Assembly (NCBI GenBank): GCA_937960645.1
Contig: CALGPJ010000009.1
Span: 4,522 to 68,521 of the forward strand
DNA length: 64,000 nucleotides
From: an uncultured Spirochaetia bacterium
Lineage (GTDB): Bacteria; Spirochaetota; Spirochaetia; JABEVK01
Reading direction: 5' to 3'
The notes under the pieces are model-generated. The model saw nothing but the letters and a program-made list of their open reading frames with translations, had not been told where the DNA came from and did not search any database. A program made the translations under genes and the position numbers. Within the stretch, counting starts at the first letter, position 1. Each line of letters begins with the position of its first letter. This document shows positions 28,701-38,085 of this stretch, piece after piece.

Positions 28701-30704
28701 ATGGGCGACATCAGCATCCCGGGTGTCTCCAGCCGCTACAACACCCAAAAACTCATCCAGGATTTGCTCGATGTCGAAAAACGCAAACTCACCCGACTCG
28801 AAACCCAAAAAGCCGACCTGGAGGACACCAAACAGATTTGGCAGTCCTACAGCCGCCGCATGTCGGTGCTCCGGGATGCCGCGCGAAATCTTTTTGGATT
28901 TGAATCCCCCTTCGCCAACCGAATCGGCGAGTCCAGCCAGGCCAATGCAGTCAGCCTCAACCCCAACCGTTCAGCTGCCGAGGGCCAGTGGCGGATTAAG
29001 GTCCTCCAAATCGCGACGGCCGACCGGCTTTTGAGCGACGAGCTTCCTCTCGACGCCACAGCCCCGGCGGGCGATTACCGCTTCAAAGTGGGCGATCAGG
29101 AGGTAACGGTCAACTTTCGAGGCGGACGGTTATCGAACCTGGTGGAAGCCATCAACCAGCGCGGCCGGGACCTGATCCGGGCCAGCCTGATCCGCACCAC
29201 AGCCGACCGTCAAGTTTTAAGTATCGAGGCACAAAAGACCGGATCCCAAAACCGGCTGGAATTTTTTGGCGCGGCCCGGGACTTCGTTACCCAGGCAGGA
29301 TTAATGCGCCCCTCTCGGACCACCGATCAAACCATCCCCCTCACCGCTGAAACGACACGGACCCGCACGGCCCCGGAGTCGGTTACCCTTTCCGAAAATC
29401 AGCTCACGCTCCAGCCCCGTGCGCGTGCCGAGGTGCTCCTCAACCGGGATGTTAGCCGCGGCCTGGTGCTGGAGGTGGACATTCAGGCCGAGCGGCTGAG
29501 CCAGGAAGAAGTTCCCGCCCCCCCGCCGGGCCTGAACCTGGAGCCGCCGGGCGTGGCAGAATTCCAGGACATTCGCATTCGTAGCAACCCCCTGCGGACG
29601 GGTCTGCCGCGGTTCGAACCGCCGACCCCCCAACAGCCAACCAATGACCCGCGCGTGGGTCAGCTGCGCACCGCCGAACGGCAGATCGATCTGCCCAATT
29701 TTCCCCTGGAGGGCGGCTCGACGACGCTCAAGGTCCCTCTGGAGGGCATCGCCCGCCTGGACCAGCTGATCCTCGACAACCGTAACACCCACATGCGCTA
29801 CACCCTCACGCAGATCCGTCTGGTCGATCCGAACGCCCGCGGCGATCTCGAGCCAAAAAATGCGCAGACCACCGCCCAGGACGCGGTGTTCGAGATCGAC
29901 GGCGTGCGGGTAACCCGCCCCACCAATTCGATCAACGACGTGATTCCCAACGTCACCATCAACCTCTCCGATACGACACCGGCCCCGGCCACGGTCAAGG
30001 TCACCCCCGACTACGAATCCATCAAAAACGGCATCATCAACTTCGTGGGAAATTACAACCGTTTCATGCTGGAAACCCTGGTGCTGACCAGTCGCAACGA
30101 AGCCATCCTGAACGAGGCAAACTACCTCAGCGATGCCGAGCGGGAAGCCCTGAGAAAAAACATGGGGAAGTTCCAGGGGGATACCTCCCTGAACCAGCTG
30201 CGATCCAGTCTTCAGCGTTTCATGATGGAGCCCTACCCCTCGGGAGTTCCCAACATCAGCCTCCTGCAACAGGTGGGCATCAGTACCAACACCTCGGGGC
30301 GAACGAGCGGCTCCACCCCCGAGGCAGCCCGGTTACGGGGCTACCTGGAAATCAACGAGGGCCAGCTGGACCAGGCGATCCGGGAAAACCTTGTGGCCGT
30401 GAAAAATCTGTTCGGCATGGATACCAACGGGGATCTGGTCATCGATAGCGGGGCAGCCTTCCGGGTGGATGAATACATTCGCCCCTACGTCCAGACCGGC
30501 GGTTTCATCGCCAACCGCGTCAACACCCTGAACTCCCAGATCGATCGTCAAAACAGGGAAATCCGCAACTTCAACGATTATCTGGTTCGATACGAGCAGG
30601 ACCTCAAACGGCGATACGGGCAGATGGAAGGGGCCCTCAATCGTATGCAGGAAACCGGCCGAGCGATCGATAATTTTAGTAGACAAAACTCAGGCGGTAA
30701 TTGA
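28701..30704 (+). CDS. fliD: flagellar filament capping protein FliD (HAP2)
   Basis: 667 aa; conserved FliD N-terminal (ISIPGVSSRYNTQKLIQDL) and C-terminal (IRNFNDYLVRYEQDLKRRYGQMEGALNRMQ) coiled-coil regions. Confidence 0.85.
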   Translation: MGDISIPGVSSRYNTQKLIQDLLDVEKRKLTRLETQKADLEDTKQIWQSYSRRMSVLRDAARNLFGFESPFANRIGESSQANAVSLNPNRSAAEGQWRIKVLQIATADRLLSDELPLDATAPAGDYRFKVGDQEVTVNFRGGRLSNLVEAINQRGRDLIRASLIRTTADRQVLSIEAQKTGSQNRLEFFGAARDFVTQAGLMRPSRTTDQTIPLTAETTRTRTAPESVTLSENQLTLQPRARAEVLLNRDVSRGLVLEVDIQAERLSQEEVPAPPPGLNLEPPGVAEFQDIRIRSNPLRTGLPRFEPPTPQQPTNDPRVGQLRTAERQIDLPNFPLEGGSTTLKVPLEGIARLDQLILDNRNTHMRYTLTQIRLVDPNARGDLEPKNAQTTAQDAVFEIDGVRVTRPTNSINDVIPNVTINLSDTTPAPATVKVTPDYESIKNGIINFVGNYNRFMLETLVLTSRNEAILNEANYLSDAEREALRKNMGKFQGDTSLNQLRSSLQRFMMEPYPSGVPNISLLQQVGISTNTSGRTSGSTPEAARLRGYLEINEGQLDQAIRENLVAVKNLFGMDTNGDLVIDSGAAFRVDEYIRPYVQTGGFIANRVNTLNSQIDRQNREIRNFNDYLVRYEQDLKRRYGQMEGALNRMQETGRAIDNFSRQNSGGN

Positions 30705-30707
30705 ACC

Positions 30708-31562
30708 ATGATCTTGAAAATCAACGGGGAGGAAGTCTCCTGGTCCGATATGGAGGCTTCGAGCTTCGACGAGGCCCTGAAGGAGATCCAAAACTGGCTG
30801 CTAGCTCAGGGATGGAGACTGGTTTCCTACAGGATTCACCCGGAATCGGCCTCCCGCGGAGCGCCGGCCCTGTCCGAAATCGACGTGTTGGATATCGAGG
30901 CCGAGGTTTTGAATCAGACAACTCTCACCCACCTCGATATTTTAATCCTTTGGTTGGACAGCCTCGGTCACGGCCTTATATCCCGTAACGAGACTGTCCG
31001 GCAAAATTGCCGGGAAGCGGCGGATCAGATCATCAAAAGTGCGGACCTGCTTTTTCATAACGGCATCAACATCCCCGTGAACCTGATCCGAAACCTGGTT
31101 CACGAAGTCGATTCCGGCTGGACCGAACTCCAGAAAAATCGGCTGGAGATCGACCAGCTTCAATCCCAGCTGGAACGCCTGAAAACCATGCTCCTGTACC
31201 CCCGCGAATCCATTCAAAAACTAGTGGATTTGATCAGCTACAGCTTATTTCAGACGGATGGACTTCCCCAACTCGTCTACGCGCAGCGTTACTCCGAAGC
31301 CATGGGTCTGATCGTCTCCATCCTGGACCACTACTCCCTTCTTGTGTTCGGTCTTGCCCAAATCACGACTCCTGACGAGATGAAACAACTGCAAACCGAG
31401 TGCCTCCCCTTTTTCAACGAACTCAGCGAGGCCATGGAGCGGATGGACTGGACCTATATCAGCGACCTCTGGGAATACGAAATTCATCCCAGGCTGACAA
31501 GGCTGGTAGAATTGATTAAATTACAGGCGGGGATAGAACAAAATGCGTCTCAAGGGTCTTGA
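30708..31562 (+). CDS. hypothetical protein in flagellar fliD operon (position where fliS is found in many bacteria)
   Basis: ATG 4 nt after fliD stop; 284 aa, helical, no recognisable FliS signature. Confidence 0.45.
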   Translation: MILKINGEEVSWSDMEASSFDEALKEIQNWLLAQGWRLVSYRIHPESASRGAPALSEIDVLDIEAEVLNQTTLTHLDILILWLDSLGHGLISRNETVRQNCREAADQIIKSADLLFHNGINIPVNLIRNLVHEVDSGWTELQKNRLEIDQLQSQLERLKTMLLYPRESIQKLVDLISYSLFQTDGLPQLVYAQRYSEAMGLIVSILDHYSLLVFGLAQITTPDEMKQLQTECLPFFNELSEAMERMDWTYISDLWEYEIHPRLTRLVELIKLQAGIEQNASQGS

Positions 31563-31809
31563 TCAGGTCAACAAAAACATCGACGGTCATATCTTTTACC
31601 GCAACGATTACACCGCCATCGCGCGCTTGATCGGGTTGGACGGCCGGGAATCTGCCAAAAAGATCAAGTTCAGCATCGAGATGGCCCCCACCGGAAAGAA
31701 AGACATCAAGGTCGAATTCCTCGAAAAGCCTGACTTTCCCGTTCTCCATCTCCTCAAAAGCATCCGGGAGGAGATCCAGGAACTCGACCGCCGGGGTGCC
31801 TTGCTCTGA
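31543..31809 (+). CDS. hypothetical small protein (88 aa), overlaps preceding gene by 20 nt
   Basis: ORF only. Confidence 0.3.
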   Translation: MRLKGLDQVNKNIDGHIFYRNDYTAIARLIGLDGRESAKKIKFSIEMAPTGKKDIKVEFLEKPDFPVLHLLKSIREEIQELDRRGALL

Positions 31810-31835
31810 ACGTCGAATTTCGCTCGCTCGAGGAT

Positions 31836-32210
31836 ATGCAAAATTGGGCCGATTCCTGGTCCTGGAGGCTCCTGGGCGGTGGGGTGGTCGGACTGTCCGG
31901 CCCGCTGGGAGCCGGAAAAACCACCCTTGTCGGGTATCTGGCCCGGGCGCTTGGGTCGCAGGACCTGGTGAGCAGCCCCACCTTCGCCCTGGTTCACGAA
32001 TACGAGGGCAAACTCCCCATCGTGCACATGGACCTCTATAGGCTGGGAAGCCCCGAAGAGTTTTTGGAACTCGAGGAGACCTACATCCGACCGAAAGCCC
32101 TGGTTCTCATCGAGTGGCCGCAGCGGGCCGGTCCCTACCTGCCCCCCCTCCTCTACCGCTTGGAGCTTTCGTTTCACCATCAGGGAAGGCGGCTGGAGAT
32201 CCTGCCGTGA
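31836..32210 (+). CDS. tsaE: tRNA threonylcarbamoyladenosine biosynthesis ATPase TsaE (YjeE)
   Basis: P-loop GPLGAGKTT, ~125 aa, followed by tsaB. Confidence 0.8.
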   Translation: MQNWADSWSWRLLGGGVVGLSGPLGAGKTTLVGYLARALGSQDLVSSPTFALVHEYEGKLPIVHMDLYRLGSPEEFLELEETYIRPKALVLIEWPQRAGPYLPPLLYRLELSFHHQGRRLEILP

Positions 32211-32821
32211 CGCTTCTGGCCATCGACACCGCCACGCCGCGATTGATTCTCGGTTTGTCCCACCGCGGAGCAACGCACTCCCGACTTGTCACCCCTGCCA
32301 TGACACACGGAGAGGTGGCCCTTCAGGAGGTTGCGATTCTTTTTGAAGCCGCGGGTTTGGATTTGCGCTGTCTCGAGGGGGTGGTGATCGGCAGCGGACC
32401 GGGTTCCTTCACCGGCACGCGGGTCGGGTGGGCCAGCGCCCTGGGCCTGGCCGAGGGTCTGGGGATACCGGCCGTGGCAGTCAGCAGCCTGGACGCCCTG
32501 GGATGGTGCGACCGGTCCAGCGGCCAGCGCGGTTGGGCCATCATCGATGCTCGTCGCGGGCGCTACTACGCGGCCTTGTATCAGAACTCCCGACGCCTGG
32601 GAAACTACCGGGATAGCCATCTCGGCGGGCTCTTCGCCGAATGCCCCCGATTTTTCGGCCCCGAATTGCCGAGCGCCCTTCCCCCTGGCGCTATATTTGA
32701 CCGTTGGGAGAACTGGGCCGAGGGACTATTGGCCCTCGGCCGGGAAAAGTTCCAACACGGAGAGGTCATTCAACCCGGCCAGGGGCCACTCTACCTCCGG
32801 CCCGGGGTCGACTCACCTTAG
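32207..32821 (+). CDS. tsaB: tRNA threonylcarbamoyladenosine biosynthesis protein TsaB (YeaZ)
   Basis: LLAIDTATPRLILGL...GSGPGSFTGTRVG motifs; GTG start overlapping tsaE stop (GTGA). Confidence 0.75.
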   Translation: MTLLAIDTATPRLILGLSHRGATHSRLVTPAMTHGEVALQEVAILFEAAGLDLRCLEGVVIGSGPGSFTGTRVGWASALGLAEGLGIPAVAVSSLDALGWCDRSSGQRGWAIIDARRGRYYAALYQNSRRLGNYRDSHLGGLFAECPRFFGPELPSALPPGAIFDRWENWAEGLLALGREKFQHGEVIQPGQGPLYLRPGVDSP

Positions 32822-33802
32822 GTTGAATTGCCCCTCCTCGTTGAATTGTAAGGGGAGGGGCTTGTCCAGCACATCGCGTGGCAGCTGGAGCGAGGAAGAA
32901 CCCGTGATCCGGAAGGTCCCCGTGCCCCGCTGGAAGGCGTTTCGGATCGATTCATTCAAACTCTTGGAGGAAAAGGTGTTGGTGACCCGCGTGACAGTCT
33001 TGGTACCCGAGGTGTTGACCTGGCTCGAGCGGCCGCTCACGAGGGCGGTTCCATCCACGATCAGCGTAAACTCGAGGGAGGGGAAGCTGATCGCCGCCCT
33101 GGACTGGTTCTCTAGCTCGATATCGAAACTCACCCGGAAGGGCAGGTCGAGGTCTTCGGGACGGATGACCGGTTCCGCAGGTCGGCCAGTCAAGATGTTG
33201 TTGAGCATGTTGACCACGCGCTGGGGGGCCGCCGAGATGCTGGCCCGCTGGAGCGCCTGGGTCACCTCCTGCTGGCTGGGGGGCTCCACCTTGAAGCCCA
33301 CAATGGCGACCCGCGGCTTGATGGCGGGGATGCGTACGTCGAACCTGGCGTCAAAGTCGAAGGTGGCGGGCACCCCGGGGAGCCTCGGGAGGGGGATGGA
33401 AGCCCGGATATCCGCTTTGGTGTTAAGGTAGTCCTTTTCGACGTAATTGCGTACCGTGTTGATCAGGGCCTCGTAGGGCAGCACCACCTTGAAGGTGTTG
33501 GTGGATTGACCGTTGGCAGGCACCTCGAAGCGTTCCGTTGTCCGGGCCTCGAACACCTGGGTCCCCTCCACGCTGTAATTGACCCGGATCGACTCTAGGG
33601 GAAGCTTGGCGGGATAGGGGTTGCGGATGGCGACATCCATGTCGAAGGTGATGTCCCGCAGGCTGATACTGACCGGCACGAAGCGGGTCACGCTGGCCGT
33701 CGGCAAGGGGGGAGCACCGAGATTGAGCTGACCGTGGACGGAAGTGACCGCCACGAAAAGCAACATCAAAAAGGTCCAAAACCTGATTTTTCGCGAATTC
33801 AT
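32813..33802 (-). CDS. hypothetical secreted protein (signal peptide; tentatively LEA_2/WHy-like beta-sandwich repeats)
   Basis: ATG 33802 with GGAGG RBS, MNSRKIRFWTFLMLLFVAVTSVHG signal peptide; domain call is tentative. Confidence 0.45.
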   Translation of the reverse strand: MNSRKIRFWTFLMLLFVAVTSVHGQLNLGAPPLPTASVTRFVPVSISLRDITFDMDVAIRNPYPAKLPLESIRVNYSVEGTQVFEARTTERFEVPANGQSTNTFKVVLPYEALINTVRNYVEKDYLNTKADIRASIPLPRLPGVPATFDFDARFDVRIPAIKPRVAIVGFKVEPPSQQEVTQALQRASISAAPQRVVNMLNNILTGRPAEPVIRPEDLDLPFRVSFDIELENQSRAAISFPSLEFTLIVDGTALVSGRSSQVNTSGTKTVTRVTNTFSSKSLNESIRNAFQRGTGTFRITGSSSLQLPRDVLDKPLPLQFNEEGQFNLR

Positions 33803-33846
33803 AAAACCTCCACTGGTGGGAATATACCACGATTTTACGGGATATT

Positions 33847-35307
33847 CTACTTTTGAACCAATGGGGAAATGAAAAGATCGGCCGGTTCTGCCGACCATGT
33901 CGTGGATTCCTGATTTGACCGGAACAGGGCCCAGTTGTGATGTTCGGTGTACCCCTCGAGTTCTTGACTGTCCAGGGGGTCGTAGGAGCCCTCAGGATTG
34001 ATCCAAATTGCGCCGCCCTGTTTGCGGATGGGCAGAAAATGGGGGCGGTGGCTTTGGCCCTGGTAAAAACGGAACCCCACACCGGATCCTTGCTGAGACA
34101 AACGCAGGGCCAGACACCGGGCGACTGCGGGCATTTCGGTGATGTTTTGCCAGCCATCCTCGTTCAGGGCTCGGATCTCATATTTTTCGAATAGACCGAA
34201 TCTTCCCAGGGGCAGTTCCCAGGGCGCCCAGCCGGTGATTCTTACCGCGCGACGAAACACGGGCCAGCGAATGCTGAGACTGACGCTGAGCTCATCCGTA
34301 CGGTCCGTCAGAAGATAATCGACCACCAACCTTCCGGGCTGCAAAAAGAGGGGGGATTCCGCCACCAGCGATTCACGCAACCCCCACTCGTGGTCGCCCT
34401 CGATGGCCACACTGCTCACACCCACGAAAAAGATCTTCCGCCCCTCGATTTCGATCCAACTCTGGACCCTGCCCGTTTTTTGATTTTTTGCCGGTCCCCA
34501 GGAAAATTCGGCAAGCCGGCCCTGTTGAAAGCGATACACCAGGTCTTTCACGGCCAATTGTGCCTCGCCCTGCATGCTTGCAGCCAGGTTTCTCTTCGCC
34601 ACCCCCTTGATCGAGGAGATGTAGGCATCCTCGAAGCAGTGGGAATGGGATGTCGTGACCGGCGGGGACTTCAACAAGTCCTGGGCGGCCTGGGGCTGGC
34701 AGCGTCGATAACCGAGTTCAACGGACTCTTTTTTTTGACTGAGTTGTAAGGTAGGCAGAACCTCCTCGAGAATATCGGCGGACTGTCTGTTGGCCTTCAG
34801 CTCCTCCCAACCGATCCACTCGATGCCGGAAAAAGTTTTCTCGTCCCAATAACCACCCTGCCAGTGGCAGAAGAAGACAGCTACTCCCCGGTTTCCCGGC
34901 AGCGGGGGTGGCGTGCTGATGTGACGTTGAAGGGAGTTTTGCCGAAACGGGTTCAGGTCGCGAGCCTCGAGTTTGAAATAAAGCCCGCTCTTCCTCCCTA
35001 CGAGAAAGTGTCGATCGCCCCGAGAAACGAGGGTGATAAAATCGGCCTGGACCAGTGCTGGGGAAATACCACTCAAGGGCGGCGGCAGGTAGATCACGCC
35101 GCCAGGGACCGCACAATCGCGCTCGATTTCTTCCTGAAACAGATAACCATGGGCGAGTCCCAACCTTCCGGGTGGGACCTGGAGCCATCCCTGGGGAATT
35201 CCGTCCCCATTCCCCACCATGATCCCCCGGGGGATGAACCGCAAAGATTCGGGAAAGGTTGGAGAATCCTGAGCAAAAACCACGCACAGAGCCTGTTGCC
35301 GAAGCAT
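33847..35307 (-). CDS. hypothetical protein (possible metallophosphoesterase-like); start uncertain
   Basis: ORF only; weak GDHEWG / GNGDG phosphoesterase-like motifs. Confidence 0.35.
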   Translation of the reverse strand: MLRQQALCVVFAQDSPTFPESLRFIPRGIMVGNGDGIPQGWLQVPPGRLGLAHGYLFQEEIERDCAVPGGVIYLPPPLSGISPALVQADFITLVSRGDRHFLVGRKSGLYFKLEARDLNPFRQNSLQRHISTPPPLPGNRGVAVFFCHWQGGYWDEKTFSGIEWIGWEELKANRQSADILEEVLPTLQLSQKKESVELGYRRCQPQAAQDLLKSPPVTTSHSHCFEDAYISSIKGVAKRNLAASMQGEAQLAVKDLVYRFQQGRLAEFSWGPAKNQKTGRVQSWIEIEGRKIFFVGVSSVAIEGDHEWGLRESLVAESPLFLQPGRLVVDYLLTDRTDELSVSLSIRWPVFRRAVRITGWAPWELPLGRFGLFEKYEIRALNEDGWQNITEMPAVARCLALRLSQQGSGVGFRFYQGQSHRPHFLPIRKQGGAIWINPEGSYDPLDSQELEGYTEHHNWALFRSNQESTTWSAEPADLFISPLVQK

Positions 35308-35357
35308 GCCTTATTTTTTCTCTAATTTCTCTGAGTGTCAAGCAAAAAATCCGGCCT

Positions 35358-36446
35358 TTACCGGGGATGGATCGTCACTCTGGGGCAGTGCGTTTTAGGA
35401 TCGACTTTCTGATCTTTCCGGTAGACGACCAGGTCCCCCCAGGCCGCCTGCCCTGCGCCGCCCACCAATAGCCCCTCGCGGGAGCAAAGGTAGCAGCCGA
35501 CTCCATCATTCAATGGGATCTCGCCGCTGATGATGCGGGCCAGTGAGGGAGGATGGGGTCGAGGGAGGCCGCGCTGAACATAGAGGTAGCTCAACGTGTT
35601 GGATTGTTTTTCCGTTCCAAGCTCACGGGCCAGGTCGCGCATCCAGGCCGGGAGGTCCGCGGGGGCGGGGAAATGGCAGAATCGATCGGAAGACGTGCGG
35701 CCTGGGGCCGGGCAGTTTCCCGAGTGCGGGCAGGGAGCCAGGGGCCAGGCCTCGGAAGCGATCAGGTGGGCACGCAGCTGGACCAGGCGCCGGACAGCCA
35801 GACGGGTCCCGGGTTCCACGACCAGAATCCGGGCCTGGGGTTGGGCATCCCGAAGCAAAAACCTGGCCACGGCCTCCTCGGATTCGGACCATTCGTTCAG
35901 AGCGTGCGAGCTCACCACCAGATCGGCCTTGCGGCGGATGGCCGTACCCAACCGTTCCGGGATTTGGGTAAACTTCCACTCGGTGTGCGGGTCGGCGGCG
36001 GCGATGACTTCAAAGATTTTTCGGCCGGCCCTCAGGGCCGCGGCTTGGGGTTCCACCAGGGTCCATCCCAGGGGCGCTCGGCGCCAATCCGGATAGAGGA
36101 GCCATGCCGCCAGCGGAAGGGTCCAGGGACCGCAACCGTAGTCGGTTATTTGGGCGGGGATGGGGCCAGGTAAGCCCGGCAGGAGACCGGAGAGCTTCAG
36201 AAGGTTGAGCGGCAGGTACCACCAGAGGTAGCCCTCCAGCATCTCGGGGTGGCCCAGGTATCCTCGAAGACGCTGAGATTTTTCTACGGTAAATCCCTCC
36301 ATCAATCGAGCCAGGTTGGCCAGAAGCCGCCCCCGGTCCGAATGGCTCAAACCCGATCGTTTCAATAGCTCGGGCCATCGATCCAAAACCTGAGTCAACG
36401 TCGGGGGCTGGTCAAACAGGGGACTTGAGGCTATTGTAGAAGGCAA
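35358..36446 (-). CDS. Rsm22-family class I SAM-dependent methyltransferase (start uncertain)
   Basis: ITDYGCGPWT SAM-binding motif, C-terminal Cys-rich region; the listed start is TTG and overlaps the divergent Dabb start. Confidence 0.55.
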   Translation of the reverse strand: MPSTIASSPLFDQPPTLTQVLDRWPELLKRSGLSHSDRGRLLANLARLMEGFTVEKSQRLRGYLGHPEMLEGYLWWYLPLNLLKLSGLLPGLPGPIPAQITDYGCGPWTLPLAAWLLYPDWRRAPLGWTLVEPQAAALRAGRKIFEVIAAADPHTEWKFTQIPERLGTAIRRKADLVVSSHALNEWSESEEAVARFLLRDAQPQARILVVEPGTRLAVRRLVQLRAHLIASEAWPLAPCPHSGNCPAPGRTSSDRFCHFPAPADLPAWMRDLARELGTEKQSNTLSYLYVQRGLPRPHPPSLARIISGEIPLNDGVGCYLCSREGLLVGGAGQAAWGDLVVYRKDQKVDPKTHCPRVTIHPR

Positions 36447-36733
36447 TGTTCTACCACCTCGTATTTTGGAAATTTCGCGACGAGTACCGGGAAGACCTCC
36501 CCGAAGCCGTTCGAATCCTCAAAGAGATGCGCCAGAGCATCGATGTGATTCGGGACCTGCGAACGGGAATCGACGTCCTTCACAGCTCGCGAAGTTGGGA
36601 CCTGGGTTTGATGGTCACCCTCGATTCCCCCAGGGACCTGGACACCTACGACCAACACCCGGCCCATCTGCCCGTGAAGGAATGGATGCGGCAGCGAGCC
36701 GAAGCCGGCGCCTCGGTGGACTTCGAAGACTGA
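36446..36733 (+). CDS. Dabb-family stress-responsive alpha/beta-barrel protein
   Basis: 95 aa, MFYHLVFWKF...DLDTYDQHPAH matches Dabb domain. Confidence 0.7.
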   Translation: MFYHLVFWKFRDEYREDLPEAVRILKEMRQSIDVIRDLRTGIDVLHSSRSWDLGLMVTLDSPRDLDTYDQHPAHLPVKEWMRQRAEAGASVDFED

Positions 36734-36737
36734 GCGG

Positions 36738-37499
36738 TCACACCGCACCCTGCTTTTTCAAGGTGTTCTGGTTCCAGAGCTTCGTGACCAGGTCACGCCC
36801 GAGCCTGCCCTGGATCTTGATCCAGAGGAGGGGGCGCGTGGCCTGAAACTTCAGCAAGGTTTCCCGGGACCACTCCCTGACCACGACGGCGTCGGTCACT
36901 CGGACATCGGCCGATGCCGGCTGCCCCGTGAGGAGGCTCATCTCCCCGACGAAATGCCCTGACTCCATCCGGGCAATTTTTTGGCCATCACGAAAAACCT
37001 CGGCCCCGCCGCTATAGAGAAACCAAAGGCACTCGGGAACCTTCCCCTGGGTGATGATGGACTCTCCCGGACTGAATGATTTTTCTCGTCCAGAAAACCA
37101 GAGGAGCTGAAACTCGTGCCGGCTGAAGGTCGGAAAGTGGGTTTGAAAAATCGCTTCGACTTCGGGGGAAAACCGGATCTCGCGCCGTTCCCAGAGGACC
37201 ATGATGGTCCTGACCAGGTTGATGGCGATGAAAAGGGTTTGCCAGAGCACGATGGTCATGTTGGCGCGACTGATCCCTACCAACAAAAAAGTGGTTTGAG
37301 AACCCAGGGCAAGAAACCGGAGCTGCAGGATGTCCTTCATGAACAAGGATAAAAAGTTGAGTCCGAAAGCCAGATGGAGAAAGTCGAAGCCCCTGGTAAG
37401 CTCAAAGAAGTCCATGACCTCATCATACTGACCGAGGCCGGCTTTGTCCAAATCACTTGACGGTATTACCAGTACATATGATTTTTGATATATGGACAT
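36738..37499 (-). CDS. membrane protein with C-terminal cyclic nucleotide-binding (cNMP) domain
   Basis: 3-4 N-terminal TM helices; cNMP phosphate-binding cassette GHFVGEMSLLTGQPASADVRV. Confidence 0.6.
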   Translation of the reverse strand: MSIYQKSYVLVIPSSDLDKAGLGQYDEVMDFFELTRGFDFLHLAFGLNFLSLFMKDILQLRFLALGSQTTFLLVGISRANMTIVLWQTLFIAINLVRTIMVLWERREIRFSPEVEAIFQTHFPTFSRHEFQLLWFSGREKSFSPGESIITQGKVPECLWFLYSGGAEVFRDGQKIARMESGHFVGEMSLLTGQPASADVRVTDAVVVREWSRETLLKFQATRPLLWIKIQGRLGRDLVTKLWNQNTLKKQGAV

Positions 37500-38070
37500 C
37501 CTTTCGAATATTCGAAAACGCCGATCCCGAAGAGCCTACGACGCCGTGCAAGGTGTGGAACGATCCACGTTGAGCCGCCTTGCCGAGGCCGCACACCTGG
37601 CCCCATCCTGGTCCAACTCCCAATCCTGGCGCTGGATCATGGTGGACGAGTCTCCGGTCCTGGATGAGGTTCGCGGGGCCCTGGCCGAGGGAAACTACTG
37701 GGCCCACAAGGCTCCGGCCCTGGCCGTTCTGGTGAGTGCCGAAAAGCTCAGCCCCACCCAATCGCACAACCGGCCGTACTGGGCCTTCAACGCGGGACTC
37801 TCCGCGATGAACCTCATGCTCCAGGCCGTGGAGGAAGGGTTGATCGCTCATCCCATGGCAGGATTTGACCCCCCGTCGGTGCGGCGGGCCCTGGGAATTC
37901 CCGAGGACTACACCGTTTTGGTGGTGATCAGCCTGGGGTACCCGGGGGATCCTGCCCAGCTGCGGCCCCACCACCAAGAATTGGAAGGCCAGGACCGCGT
38001 CCGGCTCCCCCTGGAGAGGGTGCTGGCGTTCAACGGGTTCGCCCCTTCCCTCAATCCTGACGATCAATAG
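37492..38070 (+). CDS. nitroreductase family protein
   Basis: RRSRRAY...S..N.Q.W nitroreductase N-terminal motif. Confidence 0.8.
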   Translation: MDILSNIRKRRSRRAYDAVQGVERSTLSRLAEAAHLAPSWSNSQSWRWIMVDESPVLDEVRGALAEGNYWAHKAPALAVLVSAEKLSPTQSHNRPYWAFNAGLSAMNLMLQAVEEGLIAHPMAGFDPPSVRRALGIPEDYTVLVVISLGYPGDPAQLRPHHQELEGQDRVRLPLERVLAFNGFAPSLNPDDQ

Positions 38071-38085
38071 GTACCCCTCAGGGAT

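Noticed and set aside
29301-30269. 322-aa minus-strand ORF
   Set aside because: Antisense to fliD, which is supported by conserved termini.
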